Shown here piece after piece: positions 28,282 to 36,807 of a DNA stretch of 64,000 nucleotides. A model generated the notes under the pieces. That model saw only the letters and a program-made list of their open reading frames with translations. It searched no databases and was not told the DNA's origin. This DNA comes from Desulfobacca acetoxidans (GTDB lineage Bacteria; Desulfobacterota; Desulfobaccia; Desulfobaccales; 0-14-0-80-60-11): the NCBI GenBank assembly GCA_020722205.1, contig DYLF01000004.1, positions 17,375-81,374 of the forward strand. The letters run 5' to 3'. A program made the position numbers and the translations under genes. How positions within the stretch are numbered: position 1 is the stretch's first letter; each line of letters begins with the position of its first letter.

Positions 28282-28872
28282 TTATTCTCTTTTTTCCCCC
28301 CAGCGGCGGGTAAGTTGGTGTTCCAAGCCTAGATGATCCAAAAGACGGCCGACAAAGTTCCTCGCTAGGTCGGTAAGATTCTGGGGTTGGTAATAACAGC
28401 CGGGCATGGCCGGAAAGATGGTGGCCCCGGCCTCTGCGGCCGCGGTTAGGTTGCGCAGATGTATCAGGTTCAGGGGAGTTTCCCGCACTACCAGGAGGAG
28501 CGCTCGCTTTTCCTTGAGGGTCACCTCCGCGGCCCGGTGCACTAGGTTGCGGGAGATGCCATGGGCGATGGCGCCCAACGTCCCCATGGTGCAGGGAATA
28601 ATTATCATGGCCTGCAAGGGAAAGGAACCGCTGGCCGGCGGGGCGGTGAAATCGTATTCTGCATGGAGGATGGTGCGGGGACCGATGAGATCTGCCAGGG
28701 TCAGACCCAATTCCAGTTGCAGCACCTGCTGCCCGGCGGCGGAGCAGACGGCGTGCACTTCCAAGTCCGGCCGCTTCTTGAAATAGGCAAACAGTTCCCG
28801 GGCATAGATCATGCCGCTGGCGCCGGTGACGGCGATCAGGTAGCGCTTCAGAGGAGTTTCAGGCGAGGCCAT
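28282..28872 (-). CDS. ubiX: UbiX-family flavin prenyltransferase
   Basis: 196 aa, 'AVTGASGMIYARELF' flavoprotein fold, adjacent to the UbiD-like gene. Confidence 0.85.
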   Translation of the reverse strand: MASPETPLKRYLIAVTGASGMIYARELFAYFKKRPDLEVHAVCSAAGQQVLQLELGLTLADLIGPRTILHAEYDFTAPPASGSFPLQAMIIIPCTMGTLGAIAHGISRNLVHRAAEVTLKEKRALLLVVRETPLNLIHLRNLTAAAEAGATIFPAMPGCYYQPQNLTDLARNFVGRLLDHLGLEHQLTRRWGEKRE

Positions 28873-28915
28873 AATTTGTTAATCCGTGAGCCGTAAGCTG
28901 TAGATGGAATAAATC

Positions 28916-30370
28916 TCAATCTAGTCCCAAACGTGGCCATAACTCATCCACTTTCTTGATTACTTCCGGGGTGTTGGCGATGACCGCCGGCCACTCCCGG
29001 CTGAAGCCTTCCTCCGGCCATTTGCGGGTGGCGTCGATACCCATCTTGGAGCCGTAGTGGGGCAGGGGCGAGGCGTGATCCAGGGCATCCACCGGCCCGT
29101 CCACGAAGACCACGTCGCGCCGTGGGTCAACATTGTTGCCCAAGCGCCACAGAACCTGCGAGAGGTCCTGCACGTCCACTTCCCGGTCAAAAATAAGGAT
29201 GATTTTGGTGAACATCATCTGGCCAAGGCCCCAGAGGGCGTGCATGACTTTGCGGGCATGACCGGGGTAGCGCTTGTCGATGGAAACGAAGGCCAGATTA
29301 TGGAATACTCCCTCCACTGGCAGGTTCAGATCAACGATCTCCGGCAGGGTCTTTCTGATCAAGGGAAGAAAGATGCGTTCCGTGGCTTTGGCCAGGAAGC
29401 AGTCTTCCATGGGCGGGCGGCCGACGATGGTGGCCGGGTAGATGGGATGCCGGCGGCGGGTGAGGGCGGTGACATGGAAGACCGGATAATCGTCCGCCAG
29501 GGAGTAATAGCCGGTATGGTCCCCGAAAGGGCCTTCCCGGCGCCGCTCCCCCGGCTCCACGTAGCCTTCCAGGACGAGCTGGGAAGAGGCCGGAACCTCC
29601 AGGGGGACGCTGAGACAGGGCACCATTTCCACCGGCTCCTGGCGCAAAAAGCCGGCGAACAGGATTTCATCCAGGTCTTCGGGCAAAGGTGCCGTGGCGG
29701 CATAGGTTACGGCTGGATCCGGGCCGATGGCCACCGCTACGGGCAGGCGTTGCCCCCGGCTTTCGGCCACCCGGAAATGTTGGGCTCCTCCCTTGTGCCT
29801 GTGCCAGTGCATGCCGGTGGTGGTCTGGTCATAGACTTGTAGGCGGTACATTCCCACGTTGCGAATCCCCGTGTCGGGATGCCGGGTGATGACCACCGGC
29901 AGGGTAATGAAAGGACCACCGTCCAGAGGCCAGCAGGTAAGCACCGGGAGGGTGGCAAGATTCACCTCCTCGCCCCGCAGCACCACCTCCTGACAGGGTG
30001 CCCGGCTTACCGTACGGGGAAAGATGTTGGCCAGCCTTCGGAGCTTGGGAATAAGTTTCAGTTTCTTGATCAGGGTATCGGGGGCTTCGGACTCCAGAAA
30101 GCTCAATATTTCGGCGGCAATCTCATCCAGGCTGTTCACCTCCAAGGCCAAGCACATGCGTTGTAGGGAGCCGAAGGCATTCATGAGGACTGGCATGTCA
30201 TAGCCGGGGACGTTTTCGAATAACAGGGCCGGACCGCCTCGCTTGCATACCCGGTCGGTGATTTCGGTGATCTCCAGGACGGGACTCACCGGTTCAGAGA
30301 TGCGTTTGAGTTCTCCGGCTTGCTCCAGAACCTCCACAAAGTGCTGCAAACTTTTATAGGCCATAGTCAT
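28916..30370 (-). CDS. UbiD-family decarboxylase (menaquinone-biosynthesis decarboxylase type)
   Basis: 484 aa with 'GPALLFENVPGYDMPVLMNAFGS' and 'NVGMYRLQVYD...TGMHWHRHKGGA', both characteristic of UbiD. Confidence 0.85.
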   Translation of the reverse strand: MTMAYKSLQHFVEVLEQAGELKRISEPVSPVLEITEITDRVCKRGGPALLFENVPGYDMPVLMNAFGSLQRMCLALEVNSLDEIAAEILSFLESEAPDTLIKKLKLIPKLRRLANIFPRTVSRAPCQEVVLRGEEVNLATLPVLTCWPLDGGPFITLPVVITRHPDTGIRNVGMYRLQVYDQTTTGMHWHRHKGGAQHFRVAESRGQRLPVAVAIGPDPAVTYAATAPLPEDLDEILFAGFLRQEPVEMVPCLSVPLEVPASSQLVLEGYVEPGERRREGPFGDHTGYYSLADDYPVFHVTALTRRRHPIYPATIVGRPPMEDCFLAKATERIFLPLIRKTLPEIVDLNLPVEGVFHNLAFVSIDKRYPGHARKVMHALWGLGQMMFTKIILIFDREVDVQDLSQVLWRLGNNVDPRRDVVFVDGPVDALDHASPLPHYGSKMGIDATRKWPEEGFSREWPAVIANTPEVIKKVDELWPRLGLD

Positions 30371-30433
30371 CTCATGTGGTGGTTAATATTTTCCGCCACA
30401 AATTCCCTGGATTACAATGACTAAATAAATTAT

Positions 30434-31276
30434 TTAACCCGGGCTAATCTGTGGCTGAACAAATTCCAAGGGCGGCAGTTCAGACAGCACCCCGAAGCCG
30501 TGAAGATAGCGGTAGAAATTTGCCAGCCCCTCTTTTTGGCGGGGACCCAAGCAGAAATTAAGCCGCCGAAAATAATGATAAAGTTCTGGCGAAGGCAGGT
30601 TCACTGAGGCAGCAGCGTGCCGGCAGATTTCTTCCAGGCCCGCCAACCCCCAATTTCGGGCTTGAATGAGAGTCTGGCATAGATAGCGCACTGCGGCGGG
30701 ACGGCGGCGGCAGAAATCCCGCCGCACCGCCCAGAGCCCAAAAACAAACGGTAGCCCGGTCAGCTCATACCAGGCCCGCCCTAAATCCAGGAAGTAGGGA
30801 TAGCGGTGGGTGACTTTAAGTCGGAGGGCCTCATCTCCGATGGCCAGGAGGCCGTAGTAGCCGTCTGGGAAGCCGTTGTGGATAACCCCTTGGTAGTACA
30901 GAGGCCTGGCCCCGAAGTGCTCGTAAAGAATGATTTTCACCAGCGCGGCGGCGGTGGCGGAGGCGGCGGAGAGCAGCACCGGCAGGCCACTCAAGCGCAT
31001 AAACGGCACCCGGCTGAAAAACAGGACGCTGCCCGCATCACCCTCAGCGCTGATGGACAGGTCCGGGAGGAGCAGATAATCTCGGTGGTGGCGGGCATAC
31101 TCCACTGAGGAGATGGCGCTGGCGTCCAGCCTGCCCTGATGCAGGGAGGCATTGAGCTCGGCCGGTGTGCCGGGAATCAGCTCAAAGCCGTTGGGGACAT
31201 AGGCCTGTTCCAGAGCGTAGTAGATGGGAAGCACATTGATATAACGAATGCGTCCCAGGCGGAGTCTAAGGTACAT
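30434..31276 (-). CDS. mqnA: chorismate dehydratase MqnA
   Basis: 'LGRIRYINVLPIYYAL...PAELNASLHQGRLDASAISSVEY' matches the MqnA pattern of the VitK2_biosynth family rather than MqnD, which starts with 'SPCPNDTF'. Confidence 0.75.
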   Translation of the reverse strand: MYLRLRLGRIRYINVLPIYYALEQAYVPNGFELIPGTPAELNASLHQGRLDASAISSVEYARHHRDYLLLPDLSISAEGDAGSVLFFSRVPFMRLSGLPVLLSAASATAAALVKIILYEHFGARPLYYQGVIHNGFPDGYYGLLAIGDEALRLKVTHRYPYFLDLGRAWYELTGLPFVFGLWAVRRDFCRRRPAAVRYLCQTLIQARNWGLAGLEEICRHAAASVNLPSPELYHYFRRLNFCLGPRQKEGLANFYRYLHGFGVLSELPPLEFVQPQISPG

Positions 31277-32558
31277 GAGCGATCTCCTGGTGGCAGAAGG
31301 GAAAACTTCCCTCTGGTCCGGTGAGCCAGCGCATCCGACCGGCGGCTCCGGCAGTGAGCAGGTCCGGCCAGAAATTGCTGCCAGACCTGAGGGGGATGAA
31401 GAGCAAGGCTGCTTTTTTCCCCTGGGTGATACTGCCCAGCTCGGAGCCTCGTCCTAAAGCTTCAGCACCATTTAGGGTGGCCATGGTCAATAGTTCGGAG
31501 GGTGGAAAATGGGGATATGCCTTAAGCAGGGCCATTATCTCGCCAAATAGGTTAAGGTCGGCGTTGCCAGCCAGGGAGTCGGTGCCCAAGGCCAGCTTGA
31601 CGCCGGCCTGCCATAAGGCCGGCAGATCAGGGAAGCCGGTTCCGGTATGGCGGTTGGAGCGGGGGCAGAGAACCAGCCAGACATCTCTGGCGGCCAAAAG
31701 CTCACGGTCTTCCGGAGTCAGCCACACACCATGCGCCGCCACCGTCCGCTTCTTTAAATAACCCAAATCATCCAGATAGGCCACGGGGGAAAGGCCGGGT
31801 GGCCTGAAATCATGCCGCCAGCGGCCGAGGCTCTCCAACAGTTGGCGGAAGAATCCCTCACCGTGCTGTAAAAACTTTACTTCCTCTTGCGATTCCGCCA
31901 AGTGCACCCCGGAGGGACGGCCATTACGGCGGTTCCAGTCCAGAATGCGGTCGAACAGGGCGGCCGACACCGAATATGGGGCATGGGCGGCAGCAGAAAG
32001 ATTATTCCGGTCGCAGGCCGCCTCGGCCATGAAGGGAAAATCCTCCTCCAGCGGTCCGGTATTCAGCTGGTCAAACCCCAGGCACTCGAAGAAATAGTGA
32101 AACTCTAATCCGGAGTACACCAACGCCGACCAACTGAGTCCGGTATTGCTTACCTCCGCCACCAGACCGGTGCCGTAACGCTTTAGTTCCTCGATGCCCT
32201 GACGCACACCTTGCCTGATTTGTTCTGTGGTCAGCCCGGCCATTCCGGCCATGGCGGCCAGCAGCCATTCACCCAGACTGGCGGTGGGTCGGATTCGCCC
32301 GTGTAGCGCCGAGAACTCCAAGTGGGTATGAGCATTGACCAAGGCCGGCAGGATCGCCCCTTGGCCGTGATCAATCATTGTGCCAAAATACTGCCGACAA
32401 ATTTTCCTGGCCTCGCCCACTGCCAGGATGGTGCCCTGGTGGATCACTACTGCTCCGTCTTTCAAAAGCGGCCCATCCACGGGCACCACCCAACGGGCGC
32501 AATGGATTGCAGGGTTTTTGGGTTCTCCTTTTGGGCTTTCGGGATTGTTTATTACCAT
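31266..32558 (-). CDS. amidohydrolase-superfamily deaminase (aminofutalosine deaminase / MtaD-like)
   Basis: Metal-binding 'NAHTHLEFS' HxH motif and 'GTDSLA' near the C-terminus. Overlaps the mqnA start by 11 nt inside the mqn operon. Confidence 0.6.
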   Translation of the reverse strand: MVINNPESPKGEPKNPAIHCARWVVPVDGPLLKDGAVVIHQGTILAVGEARKICRQYFGTMIDHGQGAILPALVNAHTHLEFSALHGRIRPTASLGEWLLAAMAGMAGLTTEQIRQGVRQGIEELKRYGTGLVAEVSNTGLSWSALVYSGLEFHYFFECLGFDQLNTGPLEEDFPFMAEAACDRNNLSAAAHAPYSVSAALFDRILDWNRRNGRPSGVHLAESQEEVKFLQHGEGFFRQLLESLGRWRHDFRPPGLSPVAYLDDLGYLKKRTVAAHGVWLTPEDRELLAARDVWLVLCPRSNRHTGTGFPDLPALWQAGVKLALGTDSLAGNADLNLFGEIMALLKAYPHFPPSELLTMATLNGAEALGRGSELGSITQGKKAALLFIPLRSGSNFWPDLLTAGAAGRMRWLTGPEGSFPFCHQEIAHVP

Positions 32559-32572
32559 TCGGATATTTTGGA

Positions 32573-34576
32573 TTACCCGGGGTTACTGGATGGGAACCAG
32601 GTGCGCCAATCCGCGCCTAGATCCCCTCGGAGTCGGTATCGCTCCATGAGTTGGGGGCAGGGGCAGTCCCGGGGGGTTGCGGCCAGGGTCGGCAAGATCT
32701 TGAGAATCAAACCAGCGAAGGCTTCCTCCACCTGTCGCCCTGCGGCCATCTCCTCGGGATCAGCGAGTCCATCGAACAAGACTCCGGGTTGAAAAGGCCG
32801 CTTTTTTATGCCTTCGGCGAAGTTCACCACATAACAGAGGGCTGCATAGCACAACTCCAGTTCCCGGGCCAAAAAGACCTCCGGCACCAGGGTCTGGCCC
32901 ACCAGGTCCCCTCCCAGCCGCCGGAACTTGCGGATCTCGGCGGGTGTCTCCAACCGGGGACCAGAGGTGGCTACATAAACCCCACGGCCATGCAGGGGGA
33001 AGGGGCCGCCCAGTAGGGACGAAAGCAAAGCCGCCCGGAGCTGGGGACAAAAAACCGGGTTATGCCGGATGAACCCCAAACCCTGCTGAGGGAAGAAAGT
33101 ATAAGGGCCAACTTTCCCTTCATCCAGGATGTCATCCGGCACCACCAGATGGCCTGGATGCAGGGCCGAATTGACGGCCCCTGGGGCACACCAGGCCAAA
33201 ATCTTCTCCACGCCCAAGGCTTTCAAGGCATATAGATTGGCCCGATCATTCACAAATGGGGCGCTCACCCGATAACCATCCTCCCCATGGCGGGATAACA
33301 CCGAGAACACCAACCCTTGATGCTCAAACAGATGCACCGGATTGCTTTTCCCGAAGGGTGTATCATAGGTCTCTCCTCCCAGGCGCTTAACACCCAACTC
33401 CACAAAGTCCTTATGCGCCCCCACCCGGGCAATGATTGCGAGTTGAGGGGATTTTTTGAGGAAGTGGGCAGGGGCTTTTTGCCCCCGGCCCTCTCCCTCA
33501 TTCATCCTGTAGACATGATCACGACGGCGGGGTTGGTAGCCGGCGGTGGTGATGAGGCGTTGGATTTCGGCTTCAGAGAGGCGGAAGGTGACGCCGGTGG
33601 CGGCCACCACGTTTTCTTCGATCATGGTGGAACCGAAGTCATTGGCTCCGAATTTCAGGGCCACCTGGGCGATTTTGGCGCCCTGGGTAACCCAGGAGAC
33701 CTGTAAATTGGGGATATTGTCCAAGACCAGGCGGGAGACGGCCAAGGTCTTAAGGTAGTCCCAGGAGGTGGCGGGCCTGCCGCCCAGGACCGTGCCTCCG
33801 GGTTGATAGGTCCAGGGGATGAAGGCGGTGAAACCGTGAGTACGGTCTTGCAAGGACCGAAGTTTAAGGAGATGCTCCATTCTTTCAGCCCTGTTCTCTA
33901 GGTGGCCGAACATCATGGTGGCGGAGGTTTTAAGACCGAGATGGTGGGCGGCGGCCATGACCGCCAGCCATTGGTCGGCGGTGCACTTGTGGGGGGAGAG
34001 GGCCCGGCGCACTCGGTCCACCAGGATTTCGGCGCCGCCGCCGGGGATGGAGCCCAAGCCGGCGCCCATCAGGCGTTCCAGCACTCGGGTGATGTCAAGA
34101 CTGTGCTTGTCGGCCAGGAAGACGATCTCCGGCGGGGAGAAGCCGTGCACATGCAGACCATAGCGGTGGCGGATGAAGCTCACCAGGTCCTCATAAAAAT
34201 CCAGGTCCAGCTCCGGATTCAACCCGCCTTGCAGCAAGACGCCGGTGCCCCCCAAGGCCAGGGTTTCCTCCAGTTTCCGGCGGAGCTCGGCCCGGCTCAG
34301 AACATAGCCCCCTGCCGCCCCGGGCGGCCGGTAGAAGGCGCAGAAGCGGCAGCCGGAGACGCAAATATTGGTGTAATTGATATTGCGATCCACCACATAG
34401 GTGACTATCGGCTGCGGATGACGGCGGGTGCGCGCCAGGTCCGCCAGTCGTCCCAGAGTCAACAGGGGCAGCTCCCAGAGGGCCATGGCCTCCTCTGCCG
34501 CCAGCCGCCCACCAGACCATACTTTTTCTATGAGGTTGTCTTTTGAAATTTCCATGCCTATGATGCTCAACCCCAA
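32573..34576 (-). CDS. fusion protein: MqnC/MqnE-family radical-SAM enzyme (aa 1-357) + divergent MTAP/PNP-family nucleoside phosphorylase-like domain (aa 377-667)
   Basis: The N-terminal half has 'VVDRNINYTNICVSGCRFCAFYR' (CxxxCxxC) and 'FIPWTYQP'. The C-terminal half has 'SRHGEDGY', 'VNDRANLYALKALGVEKI', 'GPRLETPAEI' and 'GQTLVPEVFLARELELCYA'. It is one uninterrupted 667-codon frame. Confidence 0.8.
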   Translation of the reverse strand: MGLSIIGMEISKDNLIEKVWSGGRLAAEEAMALWELPLLTLGRLADLARTRRHPQPIVTYVVDRNINYTNICVSGCRFCAFYRPPGAAGGYVLSRAELRRKLEETLALGGTGVLLQGGLNPELDLDFYEDLVSFIRHRYGLHVHGFSPPEIVFLADKHSLDITRVLERLMGAGLGSIPGGGAEILVDRVRRALSPHKCTADQWLAVMAAAHHLGLKTSATMMFGHLENRAERMEHLLKLRSLQDRTHGFTAFIPWTYQPGGTVLGGRPATSWDYLKTLAVSRLVLDNIPNLQVSWVTQGAKIAQVALKFGANDFGSTMIEENVVAATGVTFRLSEAEIQRLITTAGYQPRRRDHVYRMNEGEGRGQKAPAHFLKKSPQLAIIARVGAHKDFVELGVKRLGGETYDTPFGKSNPVHLFEHQGLVFSVLSRHGEDGYRVSAPFVNDRANLYALKALGVEKILAWCAPGAVNSALHPGHLVVPDDILDEGKVGPYTFFPQQGLGFIRHNPVFCPQLRAALLSSLLGGPFPLHGRGVYVATSGPRLETPAEIRKFRRLGGDLVGQTLVPEVFLARELELCYAALCYVVNFAEGIKKRPFQPGVLFDGLADPEEMAAGRQVEEAFAGLILKILPTLAATPRDCPCPQLMERYRLRGDLGADWRTWFPSSNPG

Positions 34577-34589
34577 AATACTCTAAATC

Positions 34590-35726
34590 CTATCGTCTGT
34601 CGCTCTTAGCCATCTGCCTATCGTCTGCTCTTAATTCGTTATACAACGTGTCCCGCTCCACCGGCTCGCAGCCAGCCTCCTGGATGAGGTGTAAGAGTTC
34701 CTGTCGGGTCAGACCCAGTGGGGTTTGGGCGCCGGCCATATGGGTGATGCGTTCTTCGATAACGGTGCCGTCGATGTCGTCGGCGCCGAAGGTCAGGGCC
34801 AACTGGGCCAGCTTGGGCCCGATCATGATCCAAAAGGATTTGATGTGCGGAAAGTTATCCAGAAGCAGGCGGGCCACCGCCAGATTTTTGAGGTCGTCGA
34901 AACCGGTGGTTTCAGAGAGATGAGAGAGTTGGGTGTTTTTAGGGTGAAAGGCCAGCGGGATGAAGGCAAGGAAGCCGGCGGTTTCATCCTGGGCGGCTCT
35001 GAGGCGCAGGAGGTGGTCCACCCGCTCGGCCAAGGTCTCTTCGTGGCCGTAGAGCATGGTGGCGTTGGTTTTGAGGCCCAGACGGTGGGCAGTTTGGGCC
35101 ACCTGCAGCCACCCTTCGGGGGAAAGCTTGCGGGAACACAAACTTTGCCGAATGCGGGGACTGAAGACCTCGGCGCCGCCTCCCGGCAGCGACCCCAATC
35201 CCGCCTCTTTGAGGGCCTCAAGGGTATCTTTGAGGGACAGACCGGCGATGTCCGCCAGATGGGCGATTTCCACTGCGGTAAAGGCCTGCAGGTGTACGCC
35301 GGGGCGTAGGGCTTTGATGCCCCGTATCATCTCCACGTAATAGGAGAACGGTAACTCCGGATGCAGTCCCCCGACAATGTGAATTTCAGTGATGGGTTCA
35401 GAAAGCCGTTCTTTGATCCTGGCATAAATTTCTTCCAGAGTCATGGCGTAACCCTGGGGGTCGCCGGGGGGTTTGCCGAAGGCGCAAAACTTGCAGCCGT
35501 TGATACAGACATTGGAATAATTCAGGTGCTGGTTGTAGATGTAATAGGCTCGTCGACCATGTAGCCGGCGGCGCACCAGGTCCGCCAAATAACCCACCCC
35601 CAGCAGGTCAGTGCTACGGTACAGGGTCAGACCGTCCTCTCGACTCAAACGTTCCTTGGACATCACCTTATCATAAATAGGCAGCAGCTCCGGGTCGCGA
35701 AAATAGCCAGGGGATTGCATCCTCAA
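34590..35726 (-). CDS. MqnE/MqnC-family radical-SAM enzyme (tentatively aminofutalosine synthase MqnE)
   Basis: 'IYNQHLNYSNVCINGCKFCAF' cluster motif and 'FIPLAFHPKNT'. First gene of the operon. The choice between MqnE and MqnC cannot be settled by eye. Confidence 0.8.
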   Translation of the reverse strand: MRMQSPGYFRDPELLPIYDKVMSKERLSREDGLTLYRSTDLLGVGYLADLVRRRLHGRRAYYIYNQHLNYSNVCINGCKFCAFGKPPGDPQGYAMTLEEIYARIKERLSEPITEIHIVGGLHPELPFSYYVEMIRGIKALRPGVHLQAFTAVEIAHLADIAGLSLKDTLEALKEAGLGSLPGGGAEVFSPRIRQSLCSRKLSPEGWLQVAQTAHRLGLKTNATMLYGHEETLAERVDHLLRLRAAQDETAGFLAFIPLAFHPKNTQLSHLSETTGFDDLKNLAVARLLLDNFPHIKSFWIMIGPKLAQLALTFGADDIDGTVIEERITHMAGAQTPLGLTRQELLHLIQEAGCEPVERDTLYNELRADDRQMAKSDRR

Positions 35727-35736
35727 CTCCTCTCTG

Positions 35737-35769
35737 TGACCAACCGGTCAAATGACCATCTGGTCATAT
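35737..35769. promoter_or_regulatory. double-palindrome operator (TGACCnnnnGGTCA x2) immediately upstream of the mqn operon
   Basis: TGACCAACCGGTCA (35737-35750), then aa, then TGACCATCTGGTCA (35753-35766), ending 11 nt from the start codon. ATGACCATCTGGTCATAT matches the tetR-proximal copy at 17 of 18 positions. Confidence 0.65.
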
Positions 35770-35778
35770 GTAAAAGTT

Positions 35779-35814
35779 TAAAAAAAAACCATGCAAAGGC
35801 AATGCAAATGGTTT
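35779..35814 (-). terminator. Rho-independent terminator downstream of tetR
   Basis: Minus strand reads AAACCAT-tt-GCA / loop / TGC-ATGGTTT followed by a run of 9 T. Lies 80 nt after the tetR stop. Confidence 0.55.
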
Positions 35815-35895
35815 ATTAGCCGTTTATTTCTAGTTTCTTTCAATTTTTTTCAACCTTAATGAAACTTTAAAATCAAAAGATTGAGACATTGAATT

Positions 35896-36546
35896 TCAAG
35901 CTTTCCCCAAGCCGGTGCGGAGAAGAGCCATCAATTCCTGCACGCACTGCTGAAGGTTGCCAGGGGGGGATTGGTGCAGAGCCAGGGTGACGTCGAAGGC
36001 TGGAACGCACACTGCCTGGAGGAAGCGATCCAGAAGGGCGTCCAGCAAGAAAATGGCGGCTGGTTCCGGCAGGTCTTCCCGGAGTTCACCCCGGGCCAAT
36101 CCCTGGCGCACCAGGGAGCGCAGGTAATCGGCGGCAAACTGGCGGACTGCCTGAAGCAGTTCCACTCGCTGGGGCACGTGTTCATCGAAGAGAATCTTCA
36201 GATACAGGCCGTAAATGCGGGGATGACGCCGGATAAAGTCCACTCCGGCCAGCAGCGACCTCTCCAGGCGGATAAAAAAATTTTCCTCTCGGGTATCATC
36301 TTTAACCCGGAGCAGGGTTTTTCGGACCAGACCAATGGCGAACTGGAAGATGTAAAGAAATATGCCCCTCTTGTCCCGAAAGTATTGGTACAGAGAACCC
36401 TTGGAGATGCTGGAGTGAGCCACCAGGGTGTTAAGACTGGCTTGCTGGTAACCTTTGTCGGCAAACTCCGCCAGGGCCGCGTCAATGATCCTCTTCTGTT
36501 TGGCCAGTGGGAGGTTATGAAAAGTGGGGAGGACGGTGTCAGACAT
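35896..36546 (-). CDS. TetR/AcrR-family transcriptional regulator
   Basis: N-terminal HTH 'FADKGYQQASLNTLVAHSSISKGSLYQYFRDKRGIF'. 216 aa. Confidence 0.9.
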   Translation of the reverse strand: MSDTVLPTFHNLPLAKQKRIIDAALAEFADKGYQQASLNTLVAHSSISKGSLYQYFRDKRGIFLYIFQFAIGLVRKTLLRVKDDTREENFFIRLERSLLAGVDFIRRHPRIYGLYLKILFDEHVPQRVELLQAVRQFAADYLRSLVRQGLARGELREDLPEPAAIFLLDALLDRFLQAVCVPAFDVTLALHQSPPGNLQQCVQELMALLRTGLGKA

Positions 36547-36639
36547 GGGACGTAAGCCGGGAGCTGGGTGCTGTGAAACGGCGGGGACTTTTAGTGGAGC
36601 CGCGTACTATCAGGTTAGCTGCCATGGAAATGAAAAAAA

Positions 36640-36694
36640 TGACCAGGTAGTCATATGACTATCTGGTCATATCATCCCGGTTGGCAAATGTCAA
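36640..36694 (-). promoter_or_regulatory. tetR promoter (TTGACA-17-TATGAC) overlapped by the second copy of the double-palindrome operator
   Basis: The -35 TTGACA is at 36689-36694 and the -10 TATGAC at 36666-36671 (minus strand). The operators are TGACCAGGTAGTCA (36640-36653), then ta, then TGACTATCTGGTCA (36656-36669). Confidence 0.6.
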
Positions 36695-36784
36695 GTTTGT
36701 TTAAAAAAAGACGGCGGAGAAAATTTTCCCAAAGGCATTCATTGCCAGAATGTGCCTACTAGGTCAGGCTGCGGAGCAAAAGTT

Positions 36785-36802
36785 CCCCGACCCAAGGCGG
36801 GG
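36785..36802 (-). terminator. candidate terminator hairpin after the peroxiredoxin gene
   Basis: CCCCG/CGGGG stem with an 8-nt loop directly after the stop codon, followed on the minus strand by AACTTTTGC, which is a short T tract. Confidence 0.4.
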
Positions 36803-36807
36803 AGTGG

